Shown in pieces: positions 14,078 through 26,404 of a DNA stretch of 64,000 bases. Every line of letters begins with the position of its first letter. Within the stretch, counting starts at the first letter, position 1. Source of the DNA: Octopus vulgaris (Eukaryota); contig OX597824.1 of NCBI GenBank assembly GCA_951406725.2, positions 30,566,001 through 30,630,000 on the forward strand, written 5' to 3'. The translations under genes were made by a program, and so were the position numbers. Below the pieces are notes generated by a model. That model did not search any database, had not been told where the DNA came from, and saw nothing but the letters and a program-made list of their open reading frames with translations.

Positions 14078-15454
14078 GACTTTATTAACCTGCTTCTTCA
14101 ATTTATCTATCCATTACTATATAAGCCTTGTAGCTATCTTTCAGATTTTGTTGCTCCAGGTCATGTTTCCTTAAAGGAAGGCTTTCCTCCTATCCCAGTT
14201 CTTGTTGGATTTGAGCTTTCATTACTTTCCTTTTTTCTAGGCAGGTATGTTGACAAACCCATTTTTTCTTCTTCTTTATTTTTTACTAAATCAGGGCACA
14301 GAGCCTTGATTTAGTAAATAGCATATCCAAATATATAACCCTGAATAGTTTTAGGCTTAATTTTTAGGCTATTATTTAGTTCATGGAGTTAAGATGATGG
14401 CCATTATTTTTTGTCATTATGGGGTCAGTTTTAATTTATAGACTATAAATTAATTCACAGTTTTAATTTATAGTCCATAAATTAAAACTGACCCATAAAG
14501 TCAAAAAAATCAATAGCAGGCAGAGTCTTCTTGATAATTTTAGTAACTTCTATGCTGAAGTAGAGACAACATGTTCTTTATCTATCTCCTTAACTTCTTG
14601 GAGATTTTAGGTATAATTATACTAATGTGTCCATCTGTTCTAATCTAATTAAATTCTATGTCTTTGTGCAGCTGAAGATTTCTCTACATTTTAAATTGAT
14701 GTAATGATTGCATTGTTCAATTAAATGAAACGACCGTACTGCATTACCTCTGGATATCCCTGTTGCTTATTTTGATTTTAATCACCTTACTTTGAAATTG
14801 TATGGATAATAACCATACTAAATTCTGGTGCCTCAACTTAAGTACCATATTCACCTGAATCTAAATTTTTGATGAACTCATCTACCATACCCAATATATA
14901 TATATATATGTATATATATCATCATCATCATCATCATCATCGTTTAACGTCCGTTTTCCATGCTAGCATAGGGAAGTAGTCAGAATTTTGGATAATTATT
15001 TATATAGTACTTTCATGAATGATATTTTTACAGAAAATTTGTCTTTTATAAAAATGTGAGTTGAAAAAATCTGGAGCTGAATTGGGAGGGGAATGTTCTT
15101 TGTTATTTTGAATCTATGTGTATGTGTATATATGTGTGTATGTGTGTGTGTGTGTGTGCATATGTATGGGTGTGTAAATGTGTGTGTATGCATGTGTGCA
15201 CGCGTGTGTGTGTGTGTGGTGAATGTTTGGAGGTTTGATTACAGGGAGAAAAAAGGGAAAAAAAAGGAGTGAAAGATAGGAAGAAAGAAAGAAATAAAGA
15301 AAGAAAAGAAAGATTTTTCAGCTAACTCACATATATATAAAGGCATAAATATTTAAAAGAAGATGAAAGTGCTAAATAAATAATTATCCAAATTTATGAC
15401 TACCTCCTTTTTATTAATATATAAAATTTGTACACCACTTCAAACAATCTATAC

Positions 15455-15456
<2 letters not shown>

Positions 15457-15485
<29 letters not shown>

Positions 15486-15684
15486 TGTATGTATGTATGT
15501 ATGTATGTATGTATGCATGTATGTATGCATGTATGTATGTATGTATGTATGTATGTATGTATGCATGTATGTATGCATGCATGCATGTATGTATGTATGT
15601 ATGTATGTATGTATGTATGCATGTATGTATGCATGCATGTATGTATGTATGTATGTATGTATGTATGTATGTATGTATGTATGT
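15457..15684. repeat. (TATG)n microsatellite
   Basis: Directly visible. Confidence 0.97.
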
Positions 15685-15704
15685 CTCTGTGTGTATATAA
15701 ATAT

Positions 15705-15862
15705 GACAGGATCCTTTTAGTTTCTGTCAAGCATATCCACTCACAAGCTGTTGTTGGCCCAGAGCTATAGCAGAAGACACTTGCTCAAAGTGCCACACAA
15801 TGAGACTGAACTCAAAACCATGTGCTTGGGAAGTAACTTCTTATCATGCAGCCACGTCTGCT
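15705..15862 (-). mobile_element. SINE family B, decayed
   Basis: Homologous to the well-preserved copy at 31920-32331. Confidence 0.75.
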
Positions 15863-16622
15863 CTATTGGTTATATGATACCGTAATTACTAACAATTTAC
15901 AAACAATACAAATATGCTTCAACACATAGATTTATTAGTTCATAGAAATAATTTTTAAAAAACCTGGTGATCATAATAGCTAGTACTGCAAAATGCATGC
16001 CGATACTGGTCACATTTATGAAACAAAAATTTTATTTGTTTCCTTTCATTAATTTTTTAGTAATTTATTGAGTAAAATAAGTCTTCTGATTATGTAAAGG
16101 AATAGGAGTGGACACACACCAAATTTAGTATTATTTGTTTTTTATGCTTTCAGGATTGATAAAATAAGAACTAGTAAATAATTGAGTACCATTTTCTATA
16201 AAATGAATTAAACACATATCAGATGAAAAAAAATCATTATTAGGGGTTTTTTTTTAATCCCCCTATGTTTGCTGTAGACAAAGCCATTGTTTTAGTCATT
16301 ATTACAAAGAAAAACTTGCTAAAACATGCTAGAACTTGATAGCTTCTGTTTAAGTTTGTCATGTATATGTTTACAGGAGGTCTTTCTGCAATCTTCTGAA
16401 ACTGTAAATGTTGAATGTTGCCAAGGCAGAGTAACATATCTGAATATTTGGAAGTATTTAGTTTTATCACTGAATACAAATGAAAAATATACCAGGATCA
16501 ACTTTACATGTGTCATGAAGTCGAGAATCCCAGAATATATCTCCTGATTACCATTATACCAGTAGAAACATACTTAGGTTAAATAAGCATTTTACTTTAA
16601 GCCAATATTATGGATACTGAAG

Positions 16623-16817
16623 GCAGTGAGTGGGCAAAATGCTTAGCAGTATTTCGTCTGTCTTTACATTCTGAGTTCAAATCCCACTAAGGTCAACTTT
16701 ACCTTTCAGCCTTCCGGGGTCAATAAATTAAGTACAAGTTGCGTACTGGTGTCGATCTAATCAACTGGCCCCCTCCCCCACCAAAAAATTTTGTGCCTTG
16801 TGCCTAGAGTAGAAAAG
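16623..16817 (+). mobile_element. SINE family A with a 19-bp target-site duplication
   Basis: TSD aatattatggatactgaag at 16604-16622 and 16818-16836, B-box-like gagttcaaatccc. Confidence 0.9.
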
Positions 16818-17146
16818 AATATTATGGATACTGAAGCAAAGATCCACAGGATTGGATAAGGATACATAAAAAGAATCTGGGAAAAGATAAGCTGTTTTAT
16901 TTAATTATACTATGTAAAAATTTTTATTTACTTTTTTGTCTTTGGTCAACAAGTGTTCTTTCATATTTGCTTCTATCTAGAGGATGGATTCAGAGGGGCT
17001 CTCAGAAAGAAGTACAGCCTCTTCCATCAACTAAAGAAGTGTAAGGAAGGGCAATACTCCAAGGAACAAATGGAAGTTTTCAAAAGTGAGTCACCATCAG
17101 ATGGTAGTAAGGCAAAAGGAATTAAGACAGCAATAATTAGACAGCT

Positions 17147-17371
17147 AGGAGCCGTTGTGTGGTAAGAAGCTTGCTTCCCAACCACATGGTTCTGAATTCA
17201 GTCCCACTACGTGGCACCTTGGGCAAGTGTCTTCAACTATAGTAGCCTCAGGCCAGCCAAAGCCTTGTCAGTGGATTTGATAAACGGAAACTGAAAGAAG
17301 CCCATCATATATATATACATATATATATATATACATACATACATACATACATACATACATACATACATACA

Positions 17372-17400
<29 letters not shown>
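17147..17400 (+). mobile_element. SINE family B followed by (ACAT)n
   Basis: tgtgtggtaagaagcttgcttcccaaccacatggttctgaattcagtcccact ... ggaaactgaaagaagccc. Confidence 0.85.
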
Positions 17401-17405
<5 letters not shown>

Positions 17406-18149
17406 CATATGTATAGATTGTTTTAAGTGGTGTACAGATTTTATATATTAATGAAAAGGAGGTAGTCAGGATTTTGGATAATTATTTATTTAGCACTTTC
17501 ATCTTCTTTCAAATATTTATGCCTTTATATATATGTGAGTTAGCTGAAAAATCTTTCTTTTCTTTCTTTATTTCTTTCTTTCTTCACTCAACATACTCAA
17601 CCAACTCATTGTAGTTAAAAAGAAAGTTCTTAAGATTATAACAATTGGTTGATGCTGCAAAAAGTCAAAGTAGAATTAAAAATCTCACTATCACCAGATT
17701 ATGCAGGAGACAATTTTCTGCAACAACAGTTCCCTATAACATTCTACAACTTATCAGAACTCAGAGTAATTCTTCAGCAAATACTGATGAGATTGAATAT
17801 TCTTTCCTATGCACAACCTCTCAAGATCTAATTCCAATATCCACGCTCCAGATAGGAGATTTCTGAAGTCAGCCATCAAAATTTGAAACAAACACGAGGA
17901 GACTGTCACTAGAAACATCTTGGCCAAAAAAGATACCAGACTTTAAAACTTGATTGCACAAACATCTCCTGTCATGCATGTTACTGGAAATGTAGAGGAC
18001 CAATGATTGATCCACTGGAATCTTATGACCAATGATGTAGTTATTCCCAAATACATTACATAATACACACATATACACACACACATTTCCCCATTTCTAT
18101 TCTGCTGTATATCAGCCAGACTATCAGATATTGTTTTACGACGAAAGAC

Positions 18150-18651
18150 CAAGACCTCTGAGATATGTTGTGACTGCGAAGACCCGACAAATGAAGTGAG
18201 TTTATGGCTCGTAGGATGGCCTGCTGTGCTAACCTTGGATCGTAGAGTGACCCGCTGTTCTTGAGAAGACCTTTTGAGTCAAGTACATCAGCACTAACAT
18301 CAAAATAAAAATCAATTGGAAATTGTAGTTAAGATACCTGTGCTGGTGGCACGTAAAAGCACTATCCAAACATGGCTGATGCCAGTGCCGCTTGACTGGC
18401 GTCCATGTCAGTGACATGCAAAAAGTACCAACTGATCGTGGCCATTTGTCAGCCTCCTCTGGCCCCTGTGCCAGTGGCACGTAAAAAGCACCCACCACAC
18501 TCACGAAGTGGTTGGCATTAGAAGGGCATCCAGCTGTAGAAACACTGCCAAACCAGACTGGAGCCTGGTGCAGACTCCTGGCTTCCCGGATCCCGGTTGA
18601 ACCGTCCAACCCATGCTAGCATGGAAAATGGATGTTAAACGATGATGATGA
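18150..18651 (+). mobile_element. RTE LINE 3' UTR
   Basis: Same 3' terminus and (GAT)n tail as 13606-14075 and 29100-29550. Confidence 0.85.
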
Positions 18652-18654
18652 TTG

Positions 18655-18900
18655 CTGGTCACAATGTGCTTCCAGTTCTTTCTTTATCGCACCTTTCTTT
18701 TCTATCTTGACCCAAATCATATTACCAAGTCATCTTCCCGTCACTGTAGAGCTTTTCTGAGTGGCCTTTTTCGGTCTCCTGGAGACCACTCAGTAATTTC
18801 ACAGGCTCACCTGTTGTCCGTAAATCTTGTAATATGTCTGACCCAGTGAAACATGTGTTTCCAGTATTCTGCAATCACATTTCAGTCTGCTCTGCTGTAA
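18655..18900 (-). mobile_element. 3' end of a second RTE family
   Basis: Minus translation VIAEYWKHMFHWVRHITRFTDNR*...WSPGDRKRP (WAGHVxR...W.PR..KR motif), same family as 44745-44985. Confidence 0.7.
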
Positions 18901-19922
18901 ATGATCTGAAGATGGCAAATGAAAAAACACCCAGAAAAATTTGAAACTCATAGATCTACGCATGCAGTTTATCAAATGTGGCTCTCATTGTATCAGCTGA
19001 GTGAAATATTGCCTTTCAGTAAATAAATTAACATCCCTGTGCTGCAGTATGTATTGTATTGTTACAATGTTTTGTACATTTGAAAGAGTCCAAGGCATAA
19101 AAATAAATAAATAACATATGATGGATGATGTAATAGAAGTAAGGAAGCTCAGAATAGACAAAATAAGAAATAATACCTTATATATTTGCTTAATCATTCA
19201 TTGAATAGAATGACACAAAGGAAGTGTGCTGGGCTCATAAGGTTGTAAGATCAAAACTGCTCTGCAAGGAAATGGAAACTATTTTTGATATTTATACATC
19301 ACAGCAGTGTTGTCTGCAAATATATTAGCCATATACATGTATATATACCTACAGGGGTAGGTATGAATTATACTATGTAACAAATTCATACAGGCTAAAG
19401 GAATCACCAACTGACTAGGGCATATCAAAACTTAAGTAATGTAGTGGGCAAAAATGACCACAACAGAACTTTTCACTCTGTAGGATATATATATATGTGC
19501 GTGTGTGTGTGTAATTGAATAAGAGTCAACAAGAAGGTATATTGTTAGACAGTTATTTTATAATCACTACAGGTGTTTCCATACAACATAAATCTTTATA
19601 TATACAGGAATTTAATTGTGCAATGGTTTACCTGTATAATGAGATCCAGTTGTATTTTTTCAGGTGATATACAATTGCTGTCCCCATTAGTTACGAAACC
19701 TTCAACTTCGATGGTAACACATTCATCTGCCTTGTTTGAATTTAGTAGACACTGGCAGTTTCATTCTGCTCGCTGTCAACGTGCCTCTGCATGCCTGACA
19801 TGAGCAGCATTGGATGCACTGGTTGTCCACTTTGTTCCACATGTTAGGCTGCACATGTGAAATTTTATTATTCAACCAACCTTCAGTATCCATTGGCCCA
19901 GAGACACACACAGCCTCCCCCC

Positions 19923-19957
<35 letters not shown>

Positions 19958-20287
19958 CATACACACATATATATATATATAGATAGATAGATAGATAGAT
20001 AGATACATAGATACATATATAGTATATTGGATATATGTTATCCCATGGATATACAACCCTATATTTTATAATATATATATATATTCATGCATACATGCTC
20101 ACATATACACACAAATACACTCACATATACGCAAATGCACTCACATATACTCTAATACATATACACACACACATATATATACATATATATATACACATGC
20201 ATACCTAAACAGATGCACACACATGTATATATAATATATATATATATATATATACATGTATGTATGCATGAATGCCTATATGTTTAC

Positions 20288-20318
<31 letters not shown>

Positions 20319-21103
20319 GATTTGACTATGTAGTTAAGAAATTGTTTTAGAACCACATGGTTCCAGGTTCAGTCCCACTGTCCAGAACTTTAGTAAGTGT
20401 CTTATATTATAACCTTATGTTGGCCAACACCTCATGAAAAGGATTCCTTGGATGCATGCACCATATTTATTTATGTACAACATGCACTTCATTTCCACAT
20501 TTTTCAGCTTAAAATGTATAGCTGTACATTATACATGAGAACTAAATGTTATCCATTTCTCGTGGCCGTCTATTGTCCAAGTTAACTGATGTGCAATGAA
20601 AAGTTTAAATCACTCTAATAATAATGATACATTTTTGTAGGATAGTGACAATACATTAAATATGTATTATGTTTCATAAGTGTGCCAGTAAGATCATATC
20701 AGTCTATGTTGTTTACTATCTAACTAACATAGCGAAACAAGTCCAAAGTAAAAACCACAACAGGAACAGCAAATGATAAAATGTGTCTAGCTTCTGTACT
20801 TGATTTGTTTATGTATAATGGCAGTTTTGGGTGTGTGGATGGTTGCTGTATGGTTATGTGGTAAGGAGTTTGCTTTCCCAGGCATAGTGTTTCAGTTCAG
20901 TCCTTGAGGAAGTGTTTTCTGCTATGACCCTTGGTTAACAAAAGCCTTGTGAGTGGATTTGGCAGATGGAAACTATAAGAAGTCCATCACATGTGTGTGT
21001 GTGTATACACTTATGTCTAAAAGAAGTCCATCACATATCTGTATATATATGTGTGTGTGTGTGTATACACTTACGTCTAAAAGAAGTCCATCACATATAT
21101 CTG

Positions 21104-21149
<46 letters not shown>

Positions 21150-21157
21150 TGTATGTG

Positions 21158-21800
21158 TATCCTTCAAGACATTTTCTATGCATTACCCACTATTCTCATC
21201 TCCTTGGCCCTAAGGCCATATTTTGTTCAACTGCTCATCCTTGTCCTCCATCCTAAATCACACTCTGTGTCATTTTGCCTTTTTTCATTTTGTTTTGTTT
21301 GCTCTCATTCCTAATTCTCTGTAAGAAAACTTTTTTGTGGGTACTACCAATTAGGAAGCTCTCGCTCTTATTGATAAAAGTGCAAAACTGAATATTACCA
21401 ATAGGTCAATAACCAATGAAGAATTACAGACCCCTTCTGTTTGTCTCCCGGTTGTTTTACATTTAGCTGACCAGTCACAAATTCTCTGTCTCTCCGTTCT
21501 TTATCCTTCAAGATATTTTCTAAGGGTTACCCACTATATTTGTCTCCTTGGCCCCAAGGCCATATTTTGTTCAACTGTTTATCCTTGTCCACCATCCTAA
21601 ATCACACTGTGTATCATTTTGGCTTTTTTTTTTTTTTTTTGCTTGTTCTTGTCCCTAATTCTCTGCAAGAAAACTGTTTTATGGGCACTGCCAATTGGGA
21701 AGCACCCAGTCTTATCCTTAAAGGTGCAAAACTGAATATTACCAATTGGTCAATAACTGATGAAGAATTTTGTTTGTCTCCCGTTTGTTTTTACATTTAG
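21158..21800. repeat. Diverged tandem duplication of ~300 bp
   Basis: 21158-21467 and 21503-21800 both begin tatccttcaaga and end ttttacatttag. Confidence 0.9.
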
Positions 21801-21895
21801 TATACATTATGTCATTTGTTTACTTACCACACATTTTTTCATTTATTAAGTAATGGAATGCAACATACTGATTTTGTATGTATGTATATGTATGA

Positions 21896-21928
<33 letters not shown>

Positions 21929-22740
21929 GGGAAAGTTTACGAAAAACAAAAGAAAGACAGGTGGTGTACAAAACAAACAGATGTATTATAATAATAATAA
22001 TAATAATAATGAAATTATTGTATACAGTGCTCAGGTGCACCACAACTTGTCAGAAAGTGCATATAAAGTACATGCAGTAATGTAGAAATGTCTGGAAAGC
22101 GAACAATGTATGAGTCAGATACATGCTTGTATGTGTATGGAGGGGAGAAAATCAGGTGTAGTGTTGGCGAATCTCAGGAAGCATGGAAGTTTTGAAGGAT
22201 GCAGTGCTCCGACAACTGACAACCGATGCCAGCAGTTTGTTCCATGCTTCGGCAACTCTCAGCGTGAAAAAATGTTTCCTGAAGTCATGGGAGCTGTGTT
22301 GTTTTCTTACTTTGTAAATATGTCCACGGGTGTTAGATGGGTGGAGTTTGAAAAGGTGCTCAGAGTTATTGTTTGTACGATGGTTGATAATTTTATGGGT
22401 GTCTGCCAAGTCAGCTGCCAGACGTTGGAGTTTCAATGTGTCCATACCCAGGGAAGTAAGGCGTTCAGGATATGGCAAATGCCTGATGGAGGGTATTCTT
22501 TTGGTTGCACATCGCTGAACAGCTTCCAGACGATTGATATCCTGGGCAAGATAGGGGTTCCAGACCGGTGATGCAAATTCCAGGTGAGGTCTTACCATAG
22601 CTATATAAAGCCGCATACTCAGGAAAAGAAAAAGTCTTTTACGTTTCGAGCCTATGCTCTTCTACAGAAAGGGACACAGAAAAACAAGGGGAGAAACAAG
22701 GAGAGAGAAAAATGTGTGCAGTGGCTAACGATCTATCATA
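21929..22740 (-). mobile_element. ~190-bp hammerhead-bearing retroposon split by a LINE insertion
   Basis: 21929-21988 plus 22618-22740 reassemble into the intact copy at 37719-37915. Confidence 0.85.
21989..22617 (-). mobile_element. 5'-truncated CR1/L2-group LINE
   Basis: ORF 22152-22616 LYIAMVRPHLEFASPVWNPY...LEAVQRCATKRIP...YPERL...TRGH...FFTLRVAEAWNKL, then 3' UTR and (TTA)n tail. Confidence 0.9.
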
Positions 22741-22776
<36 letters not shown>

Positions 22777-22969
22777 TTAATTAGAGGATGTATTAACCTC
22801 TTAAAGAGATGAGTACATCCAAGAAAACACTGGTTCGATACCTAATATTTTGGGGAAATGAAATTTCCCTAAATGAATAGGTATATATTATGCATATAAT
22901 CCATATTTATTTAATGGAAGAAAAGAAAATGGTAAGTTGAAAATTAATCCTTATTTATAAATGAATTGA

Positions 22970-23220
22970 TAATTTTTACTTCCTACAATTGTTTCCATTT
23001 GTGCTCATTAATAAATTACAAATTTATGCTTTAAATTTGCATTTATAAGATATGAACAAAATATCATCATGGAAAAAGATATACAATAAATGATAATCTT
23101 TTATTGCATATCTTTTTCCCTGATGATATTTTGCTTATATCTTATAAATGCAAATTTAAAGCATAAATTTGTAATTTATTAATGAGCGTGATTGGAACAG
23201 CTGTAGGAAGTAAGAATTAT
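22970..23220. repeat. Long foldback (~120-bp arms) with hammerhead-like motifs
   Basis: 22970-23090 is the near reverse complement of 23100-23220, with a ~9-nt loop. Confidence 0.9.
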
Positions 23221-23417
23221 GTAGGAAGTAGGAAGTAAGAACCTGGTACCATGTGGTTGAGAAGCAAGCTTCTTACCACACAGCCATGCCTGTGCTTAGG
23301 GAAGGGGGAAAGAGAGAGAGAGAAAGAGAGAGAAATGGTGGGCAAGGTATTATGAGAGAAAGGTAGTGTGTATGTATATGTTTATGTAAGTATGTATGAA
23401 TGAATGTGCATGTATAT

Positions 23418-23640
23418 GTACAAGATCTGATCAATAAGTATCCGGGCTGTTACCATAGTAATGGAGCTAAAGTACACAGACTGAAGCTGCTGGGCAAACA
23501 TTGACCTTAAACTCTGCTGTATATGTGCACCAAGTTTTAATGTTGTAGCTCACTTCTGCTGTTTACAGCAGTGCTTGGAAGGAAGGTGTGTAGCATGTGA
23601 TCATCACGTACCAAATGACTTCATGCACTACCAGCCTGAT
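23418..23640. mobile_element. Mariner-type non-autonomous fragment
   Basis: Begins TAcaagatctgatcaataagtatccgg, a mariner-like TIR. Confidence 0.45.
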
Positions 23641-23659
23641 AAGAAACTCAGACACTCCT

Positions 23660-24075
23660 ATGTCTCTGGTTTTGAACCTGATTTATTTGGAGGGATCATT
23701 GTCAACTGTGGCCTGGATCTCACCAGCAAATTCAGGAGTGCTTTTCTTATCAGAATATTCAGAGTAAGTTTTCCGAGCTGCTGTACCTTCGTAATAACCA
23801 TTAGACTCATCCAACTCTTTCCAAATCCTCTGCACTATGCTCAGATTAACACCCAAACATTCTGAAATGTTCATAATGGAGCTTCCTGTGTGAATGCCAA
23901 GCAGTACAGCATGTTGTTTTCAAATTTCTGGCAGAGTGAACTGCATCATGGTGCTGTTTTTCTCACAGATGGTGCCCAACTGAACCTACTGTACTGTGTA
24001 GTAGACAAAATCAAAAAATGTGGATGCACAAAATTAAAAATATAAAATGGCAACACAATTTACCCATCGCACCCA
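23660..24075 (-). mobile_element. Tc1/mariner transposon 5' part (TIR plus HTH region)
   Basis: TIR gggtgcgatgggtaaattgtg resembles the TIR at 40195. ORF 23683-23874 NISECLGVNLSIVQRIWKEL...VDNDPSK is HTH-like. Confidence 0.75.
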
Positions 24076-24123
24076 AAGTTTGATTGACTACCTAGGATTT
24101 GCATTTTTGTTTTCCTCTCCTCT

Positions 24124-24178
<55 letters not shown>

Positions 24179-24243
24179 CATATGCATACAGATACATACA
24201 TATACATACATATACATACATATACATACATATACATATATAT

Positions 24244-25818
24244 GACGCCACTGTCCCCTGTCCCAGGGTCTTAAGGGCACATACTTCCCACACCCTCAGG
24301 GTTGGCACTCTCAACGTTGGCACACTGAAAGGTAGGTCTGGTGAGATTGTTGAGATGCTTGAACGGAGATGTGTTGATATGTGCTGCATCCAAGAAGTAA
24401 GGTGGAGAGGTGGTTCTGCTAGGCTCCTCACAGGCAAAGAACACAGGTACAAGATTTTCTGGGCAGGGAACACTGACGGGGTTGGGGGTGTGGGTATACT
24501 TCTTGCGGAGAAATGGGTAGATAAGGTAATTGAGGTAGTTAGAGTATGCGACAGAATACTTAAGATTAGATTAGTGCTCCGTCATGGGTTAGCAACCATT
24601 ATCTCGGCCTATGCTCCTCAGCCAGGGCTACCCGATGGACAGAAAGACCGATTCTATGACACCCTCTTGCAGTCTACTGCATTGACGAATGACAAGGACC
24701 TTCTCTTTCTGGCTGGTGACTTCAATGGACATGTTGGACGACATGTCGGGGGCTTCCATGGCATACATGAAAGCTACAGTTTTGGCTTTCGCAATGAGGA
24801 GGGAACCAGGCCACTGGAGTTCTGTGATGCAAAGGATCTTATGGTCTGCAACACTAACTTCAGAAAACCTGCCAGTCACCTAGTCACCTACTACTCTAGC
24901 AGACATACTAGTCAAATTGACTACACCCTCACCAGAAAAAGGGAAAGATGGCTGCTTATAAATGCCAAAACCTTCCCAGGCGAAGAATGTACTCCACAAC
25001 ATAGACTGGTAGTTAGTGACTTCAGGATCAGGGCTAAATGGATGCCCAGAAGACGACCAGCAAGGAGAAGAAGGGTCTGGAGACTTAAAGATCTGGCAAA
25101 TGGACGGAGATTTAGAGACATATTAATTGAAGCTTTTGACGAAATAGAAGGGGATATAGCTTCACACGATATAGAAGACAACTGGAGGTTTCTATGAGAC
25201 AACCTGCTAAGGGCCACTGCCCAGATCTGTGGACGGTGCAAAGTCCCCTCTTGACCCAAAATAATGTGGTGGTGGAACAATGTTGTTGACAGGGCTATTA
25301 GAGAAAAGAAACAGGCTTGGAAGGACTGGAAGAACAGTGGTAGCAGGGAATTGTATCAGACTGCCAGAAGGGAAACTAGGAGGCAGGTTTACTTAGCCAG
25401 AGGGGAAGCAGATAAGAAAAAATTTGCCAATGTTCTGCGCTGTGAGGACCAAAGACTTGAGGTATTTCATGTTGCAAGACAGTGTGTGAGAGAGAATCGT
25501 GATATTGTAGGAGAGAAATATGTACACATGGATGATGGCTCACTTGCGCTAAATAAGGCTGCAAAGAGAGAGGTTTGGAGATGCCATGAAAGGTTTCTGA
25601 ATAAAGAAAATGAATGGGAGGAAGAGAGTCTGCCGAATGTCGACCCAACAGAGGGACCAGCTATCTGAGTCGACAGTACCTTGGTAGATAAAGCAATTAA
25701 AAATATGAAGACAGGGAAAGCCCCCAGCCCATCAGGAATTACTGCAGAGATGCTCAAAATATCTGGTAGTGTCGGCTATAGCCTAGTCACCTGTATAGTT
25801 AACCAGGTGATACACGAA
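24244..25818 (+). mobile_element. RTE LINE 5' half: APE endonuclease, linker, start of RT (pseudogenised)
   Basis: VGTLNVGTL, CIQEVRW, GVGILL, SAYAPQ, GDFNGHVG, QIDY, QHRLVV (ORF 24355-25197), then WWWN, then AIKNMKTGKAPSPSGITAEML. Contains in-frame TGA stops. Confidence 0.95.
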
Positions 25819-25819
25819 C

Positions 25820-26404
25820 ATGCTATTGTTTTTAAATGATGTAATGACCTCATTGCTATTGTGGCATAGGGTGAGGTCAGAGGCATTTCTGACGCCGTTA
25901 CTGATCTTCTTGATGAGCCGTTTGCTCACCTGTCTGATCTCAGACTTCACAGGGTTTATCAGTCTGCATTTAGGGTTTAGAGGTAAAGTTTGGTTTATGA
26001 TCCTTGATTGTTATGAAAGCCTTTTTCTATGCTAGCGTTTCTACCCTCTTTTCTATGCCTTGCTTAATTGCTATATTTCTGGCCCCTTGGTTAATACTAT
26101 CATACATCTAGTGAGCAGGGGGTTTGGTTAGCTCACCTGTACATCTGTATAATGCTGTTATTAAGAAGCTGTGCGTATGTGTCATTACTCACTCTATATA
26201 AATTTCTAGTCTTATCAGAGAAGATCTGATAGGACCATTCTCTTCTCTGATAAGACTAAAAATTTATACAGAGTAAGTAGCAAACATATGTGCACGGTTT
26301 CTTAACAACAACATTACACAGCTATCCCACCCCCAGACTTATGACAGTATTAAAAAAGGGGCCAGAGATATAGCAATTAAGCTAGGCATAGAAAGTAGGG
26401 TAGA
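25820..26404 (-). mobile_element. Penelope-like element RT fragment with an inverted partial duplication
   Basis: Minus: FSDKTRNLYRVS ... AFITIKDHKPNF ... CRLINPVKSEIRQVSK. 26240-26404 is an inverted copy of ~26040-26225. Confidence 0.75.

Noticed and set aside
14840-14895. OTU-protease-like peptide VDEFIKNLDSGEYGT*VEA on the minus strand
   Set aside because: Too short, interrupted by stops, and no catalytic Cys or His motif nearby.
17640-18050. Possible L1-like RT remnant
   Set aside because: Only vague similarity, with no diagnostic motif.
24355-25197. Longest ORF (280 aa) as a host gene
   Set aside because: It is the APE endonuclease of an RTE retrotransposon and is followed by in-frame stops.
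26245-26295. Possible hammerhead starting ctgataagac
   Set aside because: Better explained as Penelope RT coding sequence (SDKT.NLY), and there is no GAAAC-stem III.
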